DNA of 64,000 nt, from NCBI GenBank assembly GCA_010356995.1, contig ML996703.1, positions 62,001 to 126,000 of the forward strand. The letters are read 5' to 3'. The notes under the pieces were generated by a model. That model was given only the letters and a program-made list of their open reading frames with translations, was not told the DNA's origin and searched no databases. A program made the translations under genes and the position numbers. Shown in pieces: positions 48,899 through 61,563 of this stretch (the stretch's first letter is position 1; every line of letters starts with the position of its first letter). Origin of the DNA: Trichodelitschia bisporula. Lineage: Eukaryota.

Positions 48899-51506
48899 CT
48901 AGCGAGCAGACTTGCGCCTCTGCATCCGCCTAGCCGTCGGAGTGTCCGAGTCGGCTACTGAAGCAGCCGCGCGCCCGGCCTCAGCTTTGGCCCGACCTCG
49001 ATCCACTGAAACCGGCGCTTTACGCGAACCGGGGGCTCGAACCGATGATAATGGGGTCCGCGAACGTCCTCCCTTTGAAATGTTAGCCCGAGCTTTGTAT
49101 GTTCGAAGCGGCTTCCTGAAAGCGGGAGACCGAGACATCGCCCGATGCCTCGATGAGATGGATGACACCGGGAAGGTAGCGGTATGGCGCCGGCTGACGC
49201 GCTTACCCACAGTCTCTTTCCCACCGTCGTCCGCAGTAGAGAGACGCTTCTTCATGCGGTCTGCGCGCGACTGAGCCTGCTGGGCCTGCTTCCCCGGGTC
49301 TTCCGGTTCCACAGCCGCAGTAAGGCCAAGAGCACGCTTGCCCTTCGCTACCAAGGAACCGTTGTCTATCGTCTTGCGGCGCTTCGCATCACTGGCATTG
49401 GTGTCGCTCGCACCAAAAGCACGCTTCAGCGTGCGCTTGGCTTTGCTGATAAGTCCTACCGGCGACGGAGACTTGTCCACCGCAGCGCGTCGAGACGCCG
49501 GCTTGGGGCCGAGAATGCCGCGGCAGTTGGCCGCACCGCAACGACACGTCTGGACATTATCGTCCGAGTAAGGACTGAGAGTGTTACGAGAAGAACCAAG
49601 ATATTAGACACATGAAGACTTACGTGAAGTTGTAGTCGTAGGTCAGTTCCTCACCGACCTCGATGCCCCTGCTGCCAGCGAAAAGCGCCATGCGGGGAGT
49701 GCCACCAACGATCCACTTCTCGACGCGACAGTTAGGGTCGCACGAGTGATTGACAAACCGCGCAATCGAGCCCTTGGTCGCATCGATGATCAGATTGTCG
49801 TGGAATGTCATGAGGTAGAAGTCATTCTGGTCGGAATACACTTCCTCCATCCGACGATCGGCTTCATCCTGCGTGATGACCTCGCCGACGTACTCGACAA
49901 TGATCTGATTGGGGCGGAAGCTTCGCATGGCGCGAACTCCATGCCCACGATCTTTGGTTTCGACGACTTCAACGCCCTCTTCGTACAGGTTCGGTCTAGT
50001 CACGTCCGGAATCCGATGCCAAAGGCGGCCATTCGCCCGGTTGCCGAGGCTGGTGAACTGACGATTGGTGCAGTCTTCAGGATCAAGCCGACAGTTGGTC
50101 TCGTCGCACTCATACTGCATATGTCGGTTGATGCAGTCATCCCCACAGGCATCAGCACACCTACAAGTCGATGGAGGCAGCGTGTCCTTCTGGACAATGT
50201 GATGAGCATCGCCAATGTAACGGTTCTTGACCATCACCTTCCACTTCGGTCCTTGGGGCTCTGGCAGGGGGTACAGAATGTCCCGAGGCAGCTTGTAATC
50301 CCGCTGAGTCTTGAGGATCTCAGCGCCCTTGAAGATGGGGTAAGACCAGAGCGGCGCAGGCTCGTTGACGTAGGCCTCGTAGGCCGCCTTCTCGGCCTTG
50401 GGAAGTCTAGACTGCACTGAAGGCTGCACGACTGGAGGCTCGGCGGCCATCGGCAGGTACAATCCGTGCTTCAGCAAGACCCTCCGCGGCCAAGAACAGT
50501 CCTTCTGGTCTTCCATCGCCTGCTTCTGTTCCATGCGGAACTTCGCCTCAATCTCCACCGCCAGGTGAAGATCGCGCCCGTTCTCTGAAAAGCGATTCGC
50601 ATCGCGCCTCTCCAGGAAGTCAATCCAGAGCGGCTTCTGAGCGCGCGCCTGACGGACAGTCTGGACGATGTTGTAGGTCGCGGGAGCGCGCTTGCGCAGG
50701 ACACGAGGAGGCTCAGGAGGTGCGTCCTCCTCCAACATAGAACTGTTTTCGGCCGAAGATGTCTCAACGGCGTCGATCATGGCCTTGTCATTGTCCTCGG
50801 CAGGAGTGTCGTCCATCTCCTCCTCGGCGGCGGGAGTAGCATCGGCCTCGAGCTCTTGCACTGGTCGCACGGGAGCCTTCGCCGCCTTCTTGGTGACCGG
50901 GGTCTTCTTCAGCTTCTTCGGCGGAGGGCCGACAGGCGACTGGGGGACCGACTCGTCGTGCACGCAGGATTTCTCGTCAGCATCCAGGCTCAGCCGACCG
51001 TCGGGCAGCGAAGTCAGCGAACGACGCGCAATGTAGTCCCGGCGCGTATGCACCGCGGTGCCAGCCAAGACCGAGTCGTTGTAGGTGGTAACGCTGTTCC
51101 GGTTGCGGCGGCTGCGGCGCACTTCGTCCGAGGCAAGGCTCGTCGGCGGGGTCTCTGAGACGGCGGCGGAGGAACGCGTGCCGGTGGCCGTGGTAGAGGA
51201 CCAGCGACCAGAGGGATGACCAGCGCCGGGCGCCGGATCAACGATGGGACCGACAGGGCGGCCCAGAGGAGAGGGTGGAGGAGGCATGGTGTCGCCGGTC
51301 TTCAGCGCCGGGGTGGTAATCGGGCCGGAGGGGGATTCGACACGCGAGAGCTTCGCGTTCTTCTTTGCGGAGGAGAAGGATTTGGCGACCGCAGCCTCTG
51401 CAGACTCGTGACGCGCCGTTTCGACGTTGATGTTCGAGTTGACACTCGAGAGGCTCTCACTGCTGCGACGGCGGCGGTCGCGTCCGGTCTGACGAGTACG
51501 GACCAT
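48899..51506 (-). CDS. ash1: ASH1-like SET-domain histone (H3K36) methyltransferase, AWS-SET-postSET; intron ~49577-49622
   Basis: AWS CRC..CGDDCINR...EC..NC..C.NR, SET RGHGVRA..IIVEYVGEVI..ARFVNHSCDPNC..ELTYDYNF, post-SET CRCGAANCRGILGPK. No WW/SRI region as in Set2 was recognised. Confidence 0.85.
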
Positions 51507-52789
51507 TGCCGGACACGCGCGGTGCTTCTGTGCGTCAGAGGTAAGCTTGCGAAAAGGAACGTGAGGATGCGCGCGACTGGAAAGTTTGGGTGGTGCTGTG
51601 GTGGTGTTGCGGAGGTGTAGGGGAAAGTGGTTGCAGTGAAAGTGGTGGGCGAGACGCGTGGGGGAAAAGGCCCAGGTCCGGCGCTGAGGGCGGCGGGCGG
51701 CGCGTCTACGCCGGCGACTGCACAAGGCGGCAATGTCCACAGGAGCGACCTATGAACGACGCGCTTTTGAAAAGCCACACTTGTGAAGGGGACCTACATA
51801 TATATCGCGACTTGCGAACTGTGCAAAAATTGAGGGATATAACTTACGAAAAAAACAGCTGTATAGCAGTGAATATGAGGGTATTTGGGAGCTGCAAGAG
51901 GAGCTGGACACACGAGCAGTTAGTTGGTGATTAAAGAGTACCCGTACGGGTAGTGGTTGGACTGGTGCCTATGAAGGAGTCGAGGTATAACAAAGTAGAT
52001 GGTGGTGAGAGTTTATTGTTGCAGAAGTGAAAAGAAGTGGACTGTGGATGTCGAGGAGAAGAAGAAGATGGAGAGGAGAAGGTCCGGAAGCCAGAAAGTC
52101 GGCGACGTCGCCGAGGACTGTGCTTCACACAAACGTACCAGCTTGGCAAGAGCGACCGGAGTGGCAGAAAAGGAGGGGGGTGGGGAACGCTGAGGTCTGA
52201 AGGAGACTGAGTAGAGAGTCGAAACAAACTTACGTGGAAACGGTGGCTCTTCGGTTGATTGCCGTGCGTTGATGGGAGATGCTCTCCGGTCTGCCTCCTG
52301 CGCGTTATAAACAACCTCGCTCGGCCTAATGCACCAATCACCGGTCGCGCTTACAACGACACGGAACTCAATGGCCTCGTCGGCTGCGGCGAGCAAGCTG
52401 TCGGCTGAGGACACTGTGCAGCGACGCGTTTGACGGGGTCGAAGACGATTAGAAAGAGCGGCTTGGGTGGTCAGGAAGGTAGTAGATCGAGAAAGACGAT
52501 GAGACAAGCTTCGCAAAGACGAATTGCGTGGCAACTTAGGACAGTGGGTGATGGTCAGTCGTCAAGGAAGCGGGGGGGTTGACAGAAGGATGAGTAGAGT
52601 AGGGGACCGAAAGGGCGGGCTGTGCAGCCGGTAACGAAGAAGATAGAGAATGACGGCAAGCGACAGCTTTAAAGACAAATCGGTATGGTAGGTGCGTAGT
52701 TGGCGAAAGGTTGTGAAGTTCGGGTGGGGGTTGACAGGAGATGGAGTAGGGGACGGAGCAGAAGACGGAGCGGGAGGACCCAAGGTGGA

Positions 52790-54165
52790 GACCTATGGAC
52801 GAAGTCGCGGACCACACTGGACGACGGCAAGGGGATCATGAGCTATCAACACCACGAAAACACCTCATGCATACCCCACATCTCCCTGGGTCCTCACGAG
52901 TCGGTTTGGCACAGCACGACAATGGTCAAGTTTTATGCAATGAATACTCCACCTACTGTGGGCAAGCCTCTAGTTCTATATCTCCAGCCATACCAGATAT
53001 ACATAGTACTTGCACCCAGTACCAGGAGATGGACTGGGATGGACTTGAGGCAGAGATCACGGACATCGTCGCAGACAACAGTTATCAAACTCCCTAAAAA
53101 GATATCGTCCATACCCTACATACCTTAGACCCATACCAGTCGAGCAGTGTCTTGCCGGTCAAGTGGTCCCTCACCAGTCAAACAGTGTGGCATAACGCGA
53201 CGACGTTCAAGTTTGGTACACCGAAGACCCCGCCACTGTGGGAAGTCCTCTATCTCTCCAACCACGCCAAATATAAATAGTAGTTGCACCCAGTACCGGC
53301 AAACGGAACGGGATGGAGCTGGGGTTGGACGAAGTAGCAGACCACACTGAACAACAGCAATGGGATCACTGTCTAGCAACTGCAAGAAACCCTATCGTCC
53401 ATATCCCACATCCATCTGGCCCCTCACCAGTGAAGTAGTCCCTTACCAATCGAGCAACTCCTCATCCGTCAAGCAGGTTCCTAAGCAGTCAAGCACAGTG
53501 GCACAGCAGGACGATGGTCAAGTTTTGCCCACTGAAGACTGCGTTCTCCTACAGTATGGGCAACCCCAGATGCCTCCAGCACACCAGATATGCATGATAC
53601 TTTCACCCAGCGCCAGGAGAAATAGTGGCAAAGAGCTAACCATGGAGACGGCGGATGGAGTCGCGGGCCACACTGCACAACAGCAAGGGAACCTCGAGCT
53701 ATCAACCCCCCAAGAGCGCATCATCTGTGCCCCACACCCCTCAGACGTCTCACCACTCACCGCGGATGCAGTCACGGACTACACTGCATGACTGCTCGGG
53801 AGCCACAGGCTATCGACTCCCCACACACACATCACCCATATCCTATATCCCTAAAGTTAATCATCAGTCGAGCAGAGGGCCGCCGCGCGACGGTCAAGTA
53901 TTGTACATTGAAGACTCCGTCTCGGCACCCTCTATCGCTCCATCATCCATACCCCACACTCCTCATACCCCTCACCAGTCAAACAACCTGTCACCAGTCG
54001 AGCAGTCCCTCAACAGTCCCTTACCAGCCATGCATATCCATTACCAGTCAATCACTGAGGTACAGCCCAACGACGGTCATGTTTTGTACATTGAGCACAC
54101 CATCTAGACACAACCCCTATCTCTCCAGCCCATGCCAGATATACATAGTACTTACACCCACACCC
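52790..54165. repeat. Degenerate tandem repeat array, about 5 units of 180-380 bp
   Basis: Anchor GACGA(T/C)GGTCAAGTTTT-like at 52918, 53199, 53510, 53886, 54069. GTCGCGGACCACACTG-like at ~52804, 53067, 53334, 53660, 53770. CCAGATATACATAGTACTT-like at 52993, 53266, 53584, 54136. Confidence 0.88.
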
Positions 54166-54275
54166 AAAACCCAACAGCACTCCCAAGCCAAAGCGCCCCG
54201 CAGCAGGGCCAACAAAATTAGAACTACACAGAAAGAAAAAAAACCAGCCCTCATAATACAGCGAGCGTCCCAACC

Positions 54276-54352
<77 letters not shown>

Positions 54353-54398
54353 TCCCCAAACCGCTGATCCCCCTCCACATACCNNNNNNNNNNNNNNN
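54276..54398. other. Long poly-C run plus scaffold gap (N15); probable local assembly artefact
   Basis: A >70-nt C run is followed by a 34-bp copy of 54736-54769 and then Ns at 54384-54398. Confidence 0.8.
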
Positions 54399-56665
54399 CG
54401 GGGCGAGTACGCGGGGGCAGATTGCCCGCGGACCAGCGCCCACCCGATCAACTGCGGGCGAGGCGATGGAATCTGCGAGCCCCTCCCTGCCCGCCCCCCG
54501 ACGAGATGGCGGGAAGCCGCTGAATACCGCGGCATCGTGGGGAGAGGGGCATGTGCGCGGGGGCGGATTGCCCGCGGACCGGCGAGCGCCCGGCGGGTGC
54601 GAGCGAGGCGATGGAATCTGCGAGCCCGCCCCCCCCCCCCCCCCGGAAAGACCCCCCGGCACCCCATCCCTCCCAATATCCTGCATCTCCACTCCCTGCC
54701 CCCTCTCCCTCCTCCCCCTCCTCCTCACCCCCCTCCTCTCCCCAAACCGCTGATCCCCCTCCACATACCTCTGCTTAAAATGCAAGTACGTCGGCGGCCG
54801 CGGCCTCATAAGCACAACGATCCAATTCCTCCAAAAACTTCCCTGCGTAAACGGGCGATGCCGATCCTTCTTCAAAAACTTATGACTCTGGAGATACTCC
54901 CTCGTCGTCTCCCCCCTCGCCATCAGGAAAAGATGATACCCGGTCAAACTCAGCGGGTACATGGTCAGGATAATGCCGTACAGCAGCATGGCGAACGGGA
55001 CGCGCCAGTGATTGATCGCGTGCCCGAAGGACGTGCCCTCGCGGTGCGACCACACGAGGAGATGCGCGAGGCTGGCGGCGAAGAGGAAGAGCCCGAGGAC
55101 GGTGCCGGAGAAGATGAAGGTGAAGAAGTAGCGGTAGTTGCGCCGGCCGACGCAGTTGTTGAGCCATACGCAGTGGTGGTCTTGCGTTTCGACGCAGTTG
55201 TCGCAGGTGCGGCAGTGGTGGCCGCGCGGGGGGCGCCAGATGTTGCATGTTTTGCAGTACTTGGTTGGAACTTCCATGGCTGCTGTGGCGGATGTCGCAG
55301 AGGCGACCATGACCCACTCCGTGGTAGGAGGGCCGAGGGCGAGAGGGTCTTCCTCAGGATTGGGGGGCGGAAACGGGTGCAGGTTCCGCGGCAAGATCTA
55401 TAGAAGTTTAATAGAATTCATGCCAGAAGGAAAAAGAACTCACTCCAGGATCGGTAATAGACGCATGAACGAAAGATGACATGCAAACAAGAAACACATA
55501 AACAAAGAGAATGGGTATCGCAGGAGAAAGATGGAGCCACAACCAAGGCGCCCTGCGAACATTAGCAACCGATATCAAGCATACGGACAAGAACTTACGA
55601 ATAACCAAAGAACAAACCAGTCGGCACCACCACCATCAAGCCCGTCATGATATTAATCGGCTTATCCCTCGCATTCTGCAACCTGCCACCCGCACAAAAC
55701 ACCGTAGCCCCACTAAAGTACTCATGATTCCGCCCAAGTTCACGCTTAACCTCCGCCTTAACCGCCTCCCGGTCCTCCCGCTTCGGCGTCGACGGCCCAC
55801 TCGCCAACCGCTCATGCCCCTGCGGGTGCAAACTAGCCGAGTTCCTCGACTGACGATTCGGAATAATGAAGCTAGACCGAAAACTCCGTGGCGACTTCTG
55901 CGGCGGCGGCAAATTCCCCGCCCCAGCACGCAGATTCTTCCCAATCTCAAGCCTTGCCGGGCCGCTCTTCCGTGGATCGTCGCCTTGCAGCGGGGCCTCG
56001 CTCTCGCCGCGGCTGCGCAGCGTCTCAGCACCATTCGGCGACGTATTCGCCGTCGTGCGGTCCGGCATATCCGTGACATCGGTGCCTCGACTAACAGGCC
56101 GGCCATGCTGGTCCTCGTGATGCAGACCCAGGAAACCCGCCGCGCCGCGGACGGTCTGCTGCGACCCGTTGCTCTGCCGGTTGCCCGCGGCCGCAGTAGT
56201 CTCTGGTTCCTGGGCTATGCTAGGCGGGGCCTGGCCGGGGAGTGAGAGCGGGCGGGCGTTGCGCTGGGCCTGGAGGCGCTGCGAGCTCATAGGCCTGAAG
56301 AAGGCTTGCGACGTGAGCGACGGGACGTGAGTGCGCGAGTGCGCCGTCGGCGGGCGCGTGCTCGCTGCGCCGGTGGAGCCGGCTGCACTACCGGGGACGC
56401 GGTGCGAAGTTGGTGCGGCTTGCCATCCCCGTGATGAGGGGGGGCGGGTTGCGGCGGAGGAGGGGCGGGAGTGGTGGGTGCGGGAGGGGGCGGCGGCGGC
56501 GGCGGAGTCGGGGTCGTCGGGTTCGGAGGGGATGTCGCTCATGCGCGACGATATTATGCTGGGGGGGATGTTGGTGTGTTCGGCGAGGTCGAGGGGGTTG
56601 GGGAAGGAGGTGTCGATGGAGGAGCGCTTTGAGCCGCCGACGTGCGGCGGGGATTGGGTGGTCAT
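54399..56665 (-). CDS. ERF2: DHHC palmitoyltransferase Erf2-like; 2 introns; true 3' end obscured by the gap
   Basis: GRNHEYFSG..F..GGR, TDPG|ILPRNLH, KYCKTCNIWRPPRGHHCRTCDNCVETQDHHCVWLNNCVGRRNYRYFF, GETTREYL. Confidence 0.9.
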
Positions 56666-57581
56666 TGGAGCGGGTTCGCGGGGTGGGTGTGCGCGTGGGG
56701 AGGGAGATGCATGACCTGGGGATGGAGAGGGAGGTCGTCAGACGTTTTGCGGCGATGGGTAGGTAGACGCGGGTAGGAGCTATTGTGGTTGGTGTTCGGC
56801 GAGAAGAGAAGTGCGATGGTCGAGGGATCGAGGAAAGGACAAGGACCCGGATAGGATGGATCGGAGGGAGGGTGGTGAAATAGACAGTAGGGGGGGTAGG
56901 ATATAGGATCTGCGAACGAAAGCAACGGAGAAGCGAAAGATGTAGAGAAAGAGGAATTATTGCACCACGGATGGTAGCATGGTGATGGGCACAGCTGAAG
57001 AGAAAAAGAGGTTGAGAAGAGAGGAAGTGGTGGAGCGGATTGTCTCTCACGGCTCGAGTTCCTTGGGTTCAAGTGGTCACAGCTCAGCCCGTTCCAGGTC
57101 TCTCTCTGTCTTCTCTCCTTTGGTCTTGGCCCTGCTTCTCCTTGGCCCAGGAGATCACAGGGGTGTCCCGACCGCCGGCCTTGGCATTGCGCCCGCGCGA
57201 CTCGCATATTTCTGCCTGACCCCCTCGAGAACTTCTGCCTCACTGCCTCACGCTCCAAATCGCAGCCTTGCCGCCTCACCGGCTCAACCTCGGCGCCCAC
57301 CGGCCCGGCAGACCTCCGTGACATCACGCCTTGGCCCCCTAGCCACCACTCACAAAAGTCCCTACCCCCCAGCTCACCCAGCCACCTCGCCAAAGCAGCG
57401 ACGACTTTCCACCAAACCCTTCACCCGCAGGGTCCTCCCCCCCGACCCGCTCATCCCATCTGCCCTCTGCCCTCCACACCACCGACCCTTATAACCCCAC
57501 TCCCACGCCTCTCCACACTACCCTTCAACCACCACAACTCCACCCTCAATCCCACTCCCACAACCACAAGCAACATTCGTC

Positions 57582-58227
57582 ATGTCTCTCGCCCGCGCCG
57601 CCCTCCGCGCCTCTGTCGCGCGTCCCCTCGCCATGCGCGCTCCCCTTCGCACGTACTCCAGCGCCTCGGGAGACGCAGCGCAGGACGCCCCGGGGGCGAA
57701 GGTGCTCCATAAGGGCGCGAAGCGCGATCCCGAACTCTACGTAGGCCCTCCATCTCAACTACAAACGGCACCAGGCTAATGCCCGCAGATCCTCTTCGGC
57801 ATCATGGCGGCCACGTTTTCGCTCGCTGGGTGGTACTTCAGTAAGTCGCTTTCCCCTCTGCCTCTGGTGGCGTGGCGATTGGGCAATGCCAGCAATGGCT
57901 TTTGTGGGAAGGATGACAGTGATGATGGGGGCTAATGTGGGTCTCTACAGCGCATTCCCCCACCTCCTCCAGCTCCGAGAGCGCAGTCGCCAAAGTCCCC
58001 GGCTCGGAGCCGTGGAAGACCGGCAAGGCCGCCGTGTACCAGTACCACCCCGGCGGCGACGAGTCGCAGCAGAAGCGCGAGGTGCCGAGTGCGCTGCATA
58101 GCGTTATTATTCCCAATGTTAACTTGCCGCGGGTATGTGTTCCCGGTCTTTGGGGTGGGAATGTGGGCTAATGTGTGGGCAGGAGTTGCACGAGCAGTTC
58201 AACAAGTATGGCAAGGATGGGTTCTAG
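57582..58227 (+). CDS. NDUFA4/MLRQ-family mitochondrial respiratory-chain subunit; 3 introns
   Basis: Presequence, then KGAKRDPELY|ILFGIM..LAGWYF, ..EPW..YQYHPGGD..PSALHSVIIPNVNLPR|ELHEQFNKYGKDGF. Confidence 0.82.
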
Positions 58228-58462
58228 ATGATGGGCGACAGATTGTACAGCAGTTTGAGCAGTTTTAGGACTGAGGGAGTGGGTGGCTGTGGAAGGAGTG
58301 TAGAATAGTGGTTGTAGAGCGGCATTGGGTGCAATTTGTCTAGTGCCTTGTGATAGCCCGGGTATCGCCGAATTTAGGTTCGTGTTTTGGTGATGTGGTG
58401 CTTTGCATTGGGACTTCTGAGATTGAGACTGCTAATCTTGAGCGTTGTATTAACATCACCTA

Positions 58463-58763
58463 TGATGGTTCAGTGCCAATGGCAAGTGGCTGATTTTTAT
58501 GTCATTGACTGAAAAGCTGTCCGTCAAAATTTCCAACACCCAAACACATGCCGAACATTCAACCCAGTCATCACCACTTAAAAACCACCCAGGGCTGCAG
58601 AAAAAGAAAATATACGTATTGAGACCTCTGATTCCGAGTGATTATATCAGACTCGCCCTTTGATGGTTCAATGCCAATGGCAACTGGCCACACCATCGGC
58701 TGGGAAGCTATCTGGTCAGTTTTCAATCGAAAAGCATGTGGAGCATCCATCCAGTCATCACCG
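58463..58763. repeat. Diverged ~105-115 bp direct duplication (58463-58577 and 58661-58763)
   Basis: Both copies begin TGATGGTTCA(G/A)TGCCAATGGCAA(G/C)TGGC and end CCAGTCATCACC. Confidence 0.85.
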
Positions 58764-59674
58764 CCCAACCATTACCACCCCAACATCACCACGGCAGCAA
58801 AACAGAGGCAAAGGTAAACAAAAACCGCCAAGGGTCCAAATGGATATATGTACCGCTAGCTACCTACATGACGCAATTGCAAGAAAAGAGAAACCATGAC
58901 AATGGCCTTTCGCACTACCTCCATCAGTGCGGACATTCTGCTCCCCTTTCCCAGACACGGGATACATCATTACAGCTCAACCACTACCTTCCAGCCGTCA
59001 TCGCCAACGACAAACAAACTAGAAGGAAGAAACAGGGGGTAAAATGGGGGTATGTCATACAGCACCGCTACCACATCCGCAACCAACAGCCCACAGGCTC
59101 TCCTCAAAACTACAGCTAAGAAAGGCGCAAAGAAATGTACATGATCAGAACCTAGGAAAAGCGTGTGAGGTGAGAGGGTATGCCATCGAACAGAAAAGGT
59201 GCCGTGATATCCACTCCCCCAATCCGCCGTCTCATCCTTCGCTTTTCTCAGACCCTTCCGGCGGGAAAGAGACCCAGCCATCCGAGGGGAAAGAGAACCC
59301 AGCTCTCGAAGCCCGCCCCTCGAGCAGAGAAACTGAGCGCCAGCAGAGCGAACTAAAAAGCAGAGACATGGTCGTGAAGAGAGCACCCAAGGAAAGCGAG
59401 AGAGCGTAAGAATGGCAAAAAGCCACACACCAAATCGGAAAAAGAAGCACCCATCAAACCACATACACACTCACAAGTCTCGCAAACCGCAAGTAGAAAA
59501 GAAAAAGAAAAAACCCTAACCTGCGCGCAGTAAATGCTGTTCTTTTGTGCCCCTCACCGGCCTGGAATCACCATTCAGATCAAGTTCGGTACCCAGGTCC
59601 CAGGGACCCACTCTTCCTACTCTTCCCACCCCACCCCACACCCCTCTTCATGACCTCAACTCTCCTCTCTCATC

Positions 59675-61563
59675 TCAAAACGCATTAACTCCCTGCCTCC
59701 ACACCCCCCCAACCATCTCACCCCGCCCATCCCCTCTCCTCCCCCCCCTTCCCGGACTCATCTGCTGCCCCCCAGCACCACCAACCCCATTCCCATTCCC
59801 AACCCCCTTCGGCGCCCGCCTCTTAAGCCGACTCGTCCGCCACCCCTCATACCACACCTCACGACTCGCCTCCCGCAACTCGCTCCTCCACTCGGAGAAC
59901 ACGCTCTCCTTGAGCCGGATAAAGTCGCAGTGCTCGGGGTTATACGGATCCGCAAAGCCCCATGGAAAGCGACGGCCTATGACGCCCGGGTCGTAGTTGT
60001 CTGGAGAAATTATGCTAAGCGGCAGGTAGGGCGTCTCGTCGGCGGCGTGCGGCGCGTTGAGCGTGTCGCTCATAGACCGGCGGTGGGCGTCCTTGTCCTT
60101 CGCCTCCTTAGGCGGGGACGGAGGGGCATCGTCCTCCGTCCGATCCAGGAGGTCGTCGATGATATCATCCGTGACATCGCGGTCCGGGCTGAGTCTGTAC
60201 TCGTCCTCATCACGCTCGTCCAAGCGCTCCGGATCCTCCTCACTCTCGCTATCGACGAAATTGAGCGCCTCCAGCGGGTCCAGCTTCGCCTGCTTCAGAC
60301 TCTCCCACACCGCCTTCTTGAGCAGCGCCATGTGCGCCGTGGAAATGGTGTCCGCCTTGCTGATCACCGGAATCACAGTCGTCTTGCCCTGCAGCGTGCG
60401 CAGCACCTGTACGTCCAGATCCTCATCTAGCACACCCATGAGCCTCAGCGCCTCGTCAAATTTACTAGCGGGGCCGGGACGCAACTTGCGCGCATACGCC
60501 AAGTTCGCATCGAGGCGGACAGGATCGAGAATCAAGAACACGCAATGGATGTGCGTGTCGCGCACGCCGGGCGCGCGCACGACTTTTTGCTCCTCTGTGA
60601 ACGTCTCTTCGAACTTGGATTCTAGGAACGAGGACATTTCGCGCAGCTGCAGGTCGACGAATTTCTTCTCCAGGCCCTGCGAGTCCCACAGCGTGACGCC
60701 GATGCGCTCGTGGTCGACCTCCGTCTCGAGGTAGTGCGGCGTGAAAGGCGACTCGGCGTCCATAGCGCTGCGCGGCGGCGACGGCGACTGCTGCTTGGAG
60801 GATGGGGGCGCGAGGGCATAGCGCAGGAAGTCGATGAAGGAAGATTTGCCCGAGTTGTGCTCGCCGATGACGAGGATGCTGGTCGCCATTAGCTTTTCGC
60901 TGTTAATAGCCAAAGGTGGTAGGCAACTCACTTGAACGGCGTAGGGTCCTTTCGCCTCCTTACGCGTCGTGGGCTATTGATCCCCGTTGCGCTGATAGCA
61001 CTACTCGCATAGCTGTACCGCCCACGATGCGTCATGCTCTCCGTGCGCGCAAACGGCTCATACTCGCCGTTTTTCCCCGGCTGGCCCGGACTCATGCTCT
61101 GATGGTGTTGCGCAGAGGCATACTGCTGCGGACTGTACGGCGCGCCATAGCCTTGGCCCTGCGGCGACGCCCCGCCATACTGTTGCTGGTTCTGAAAATG
61201 CGCCGGCGAGGAATGGCCAAAGTACTGCCCTTGGGCGTCGTTGAAGGATGATTGATCGAGCTGCGGGAGCTGGGGGGGCACGCGCGGGATGTTGGGGTTT
61301 TGGGGTACGGGGGCGCCGGAGCTGCCCTTGCGGCCGATTTTGTGCATCTTGTTGCGCGCGGCGCCGGGGGGCCCTTCGGTTGATTTTTGGCGGCGGAGGA
61401 AGTTGAAGCTTGTGCGGCGGTCGTTGTTTGAGACGGTTGATGGAGGTGTTGTCGTTGATGCAGCGGTGGCGGGGGGGAGGGTTGTGGATGCAGCAGCTGC
61501 GGTGGTGGTGGTGGTGGGTTTGGAGGGCAGTGCGTCGTGGTTGCCGGCTGCGGAGGTTGACAT
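59675..61563 (-). CDS. Septin, probably group 5 (AspE-like); intron 60879-60931
   Basis: Polybasic RRVRRRKDPTPF|N, G1 GEHNSGKS, G3 DSQG, G4 SKAD, DTHIHCVF, septin-unique element GRRFPWGFADPYNPEHCDFIRLK. No C-terminal coiled coil. Confidence 0.88.

Noticed and set aside
52790..54165. Repeat array as CRISPR-like or as a repeat-protein gene
   Set aside because: The context is eukaryotic, the units are long and degenerate with homologous rather than unique spacers, and no continuous reading frame spans them.
54052..54753. Poly-Gly/poly-Pro ORFs across the C run
   Set aside because: They arise from a homopolymer adjoining an N gap and a 34-bp duplicated contig end, which is probably a sequencing or assembly artefact.
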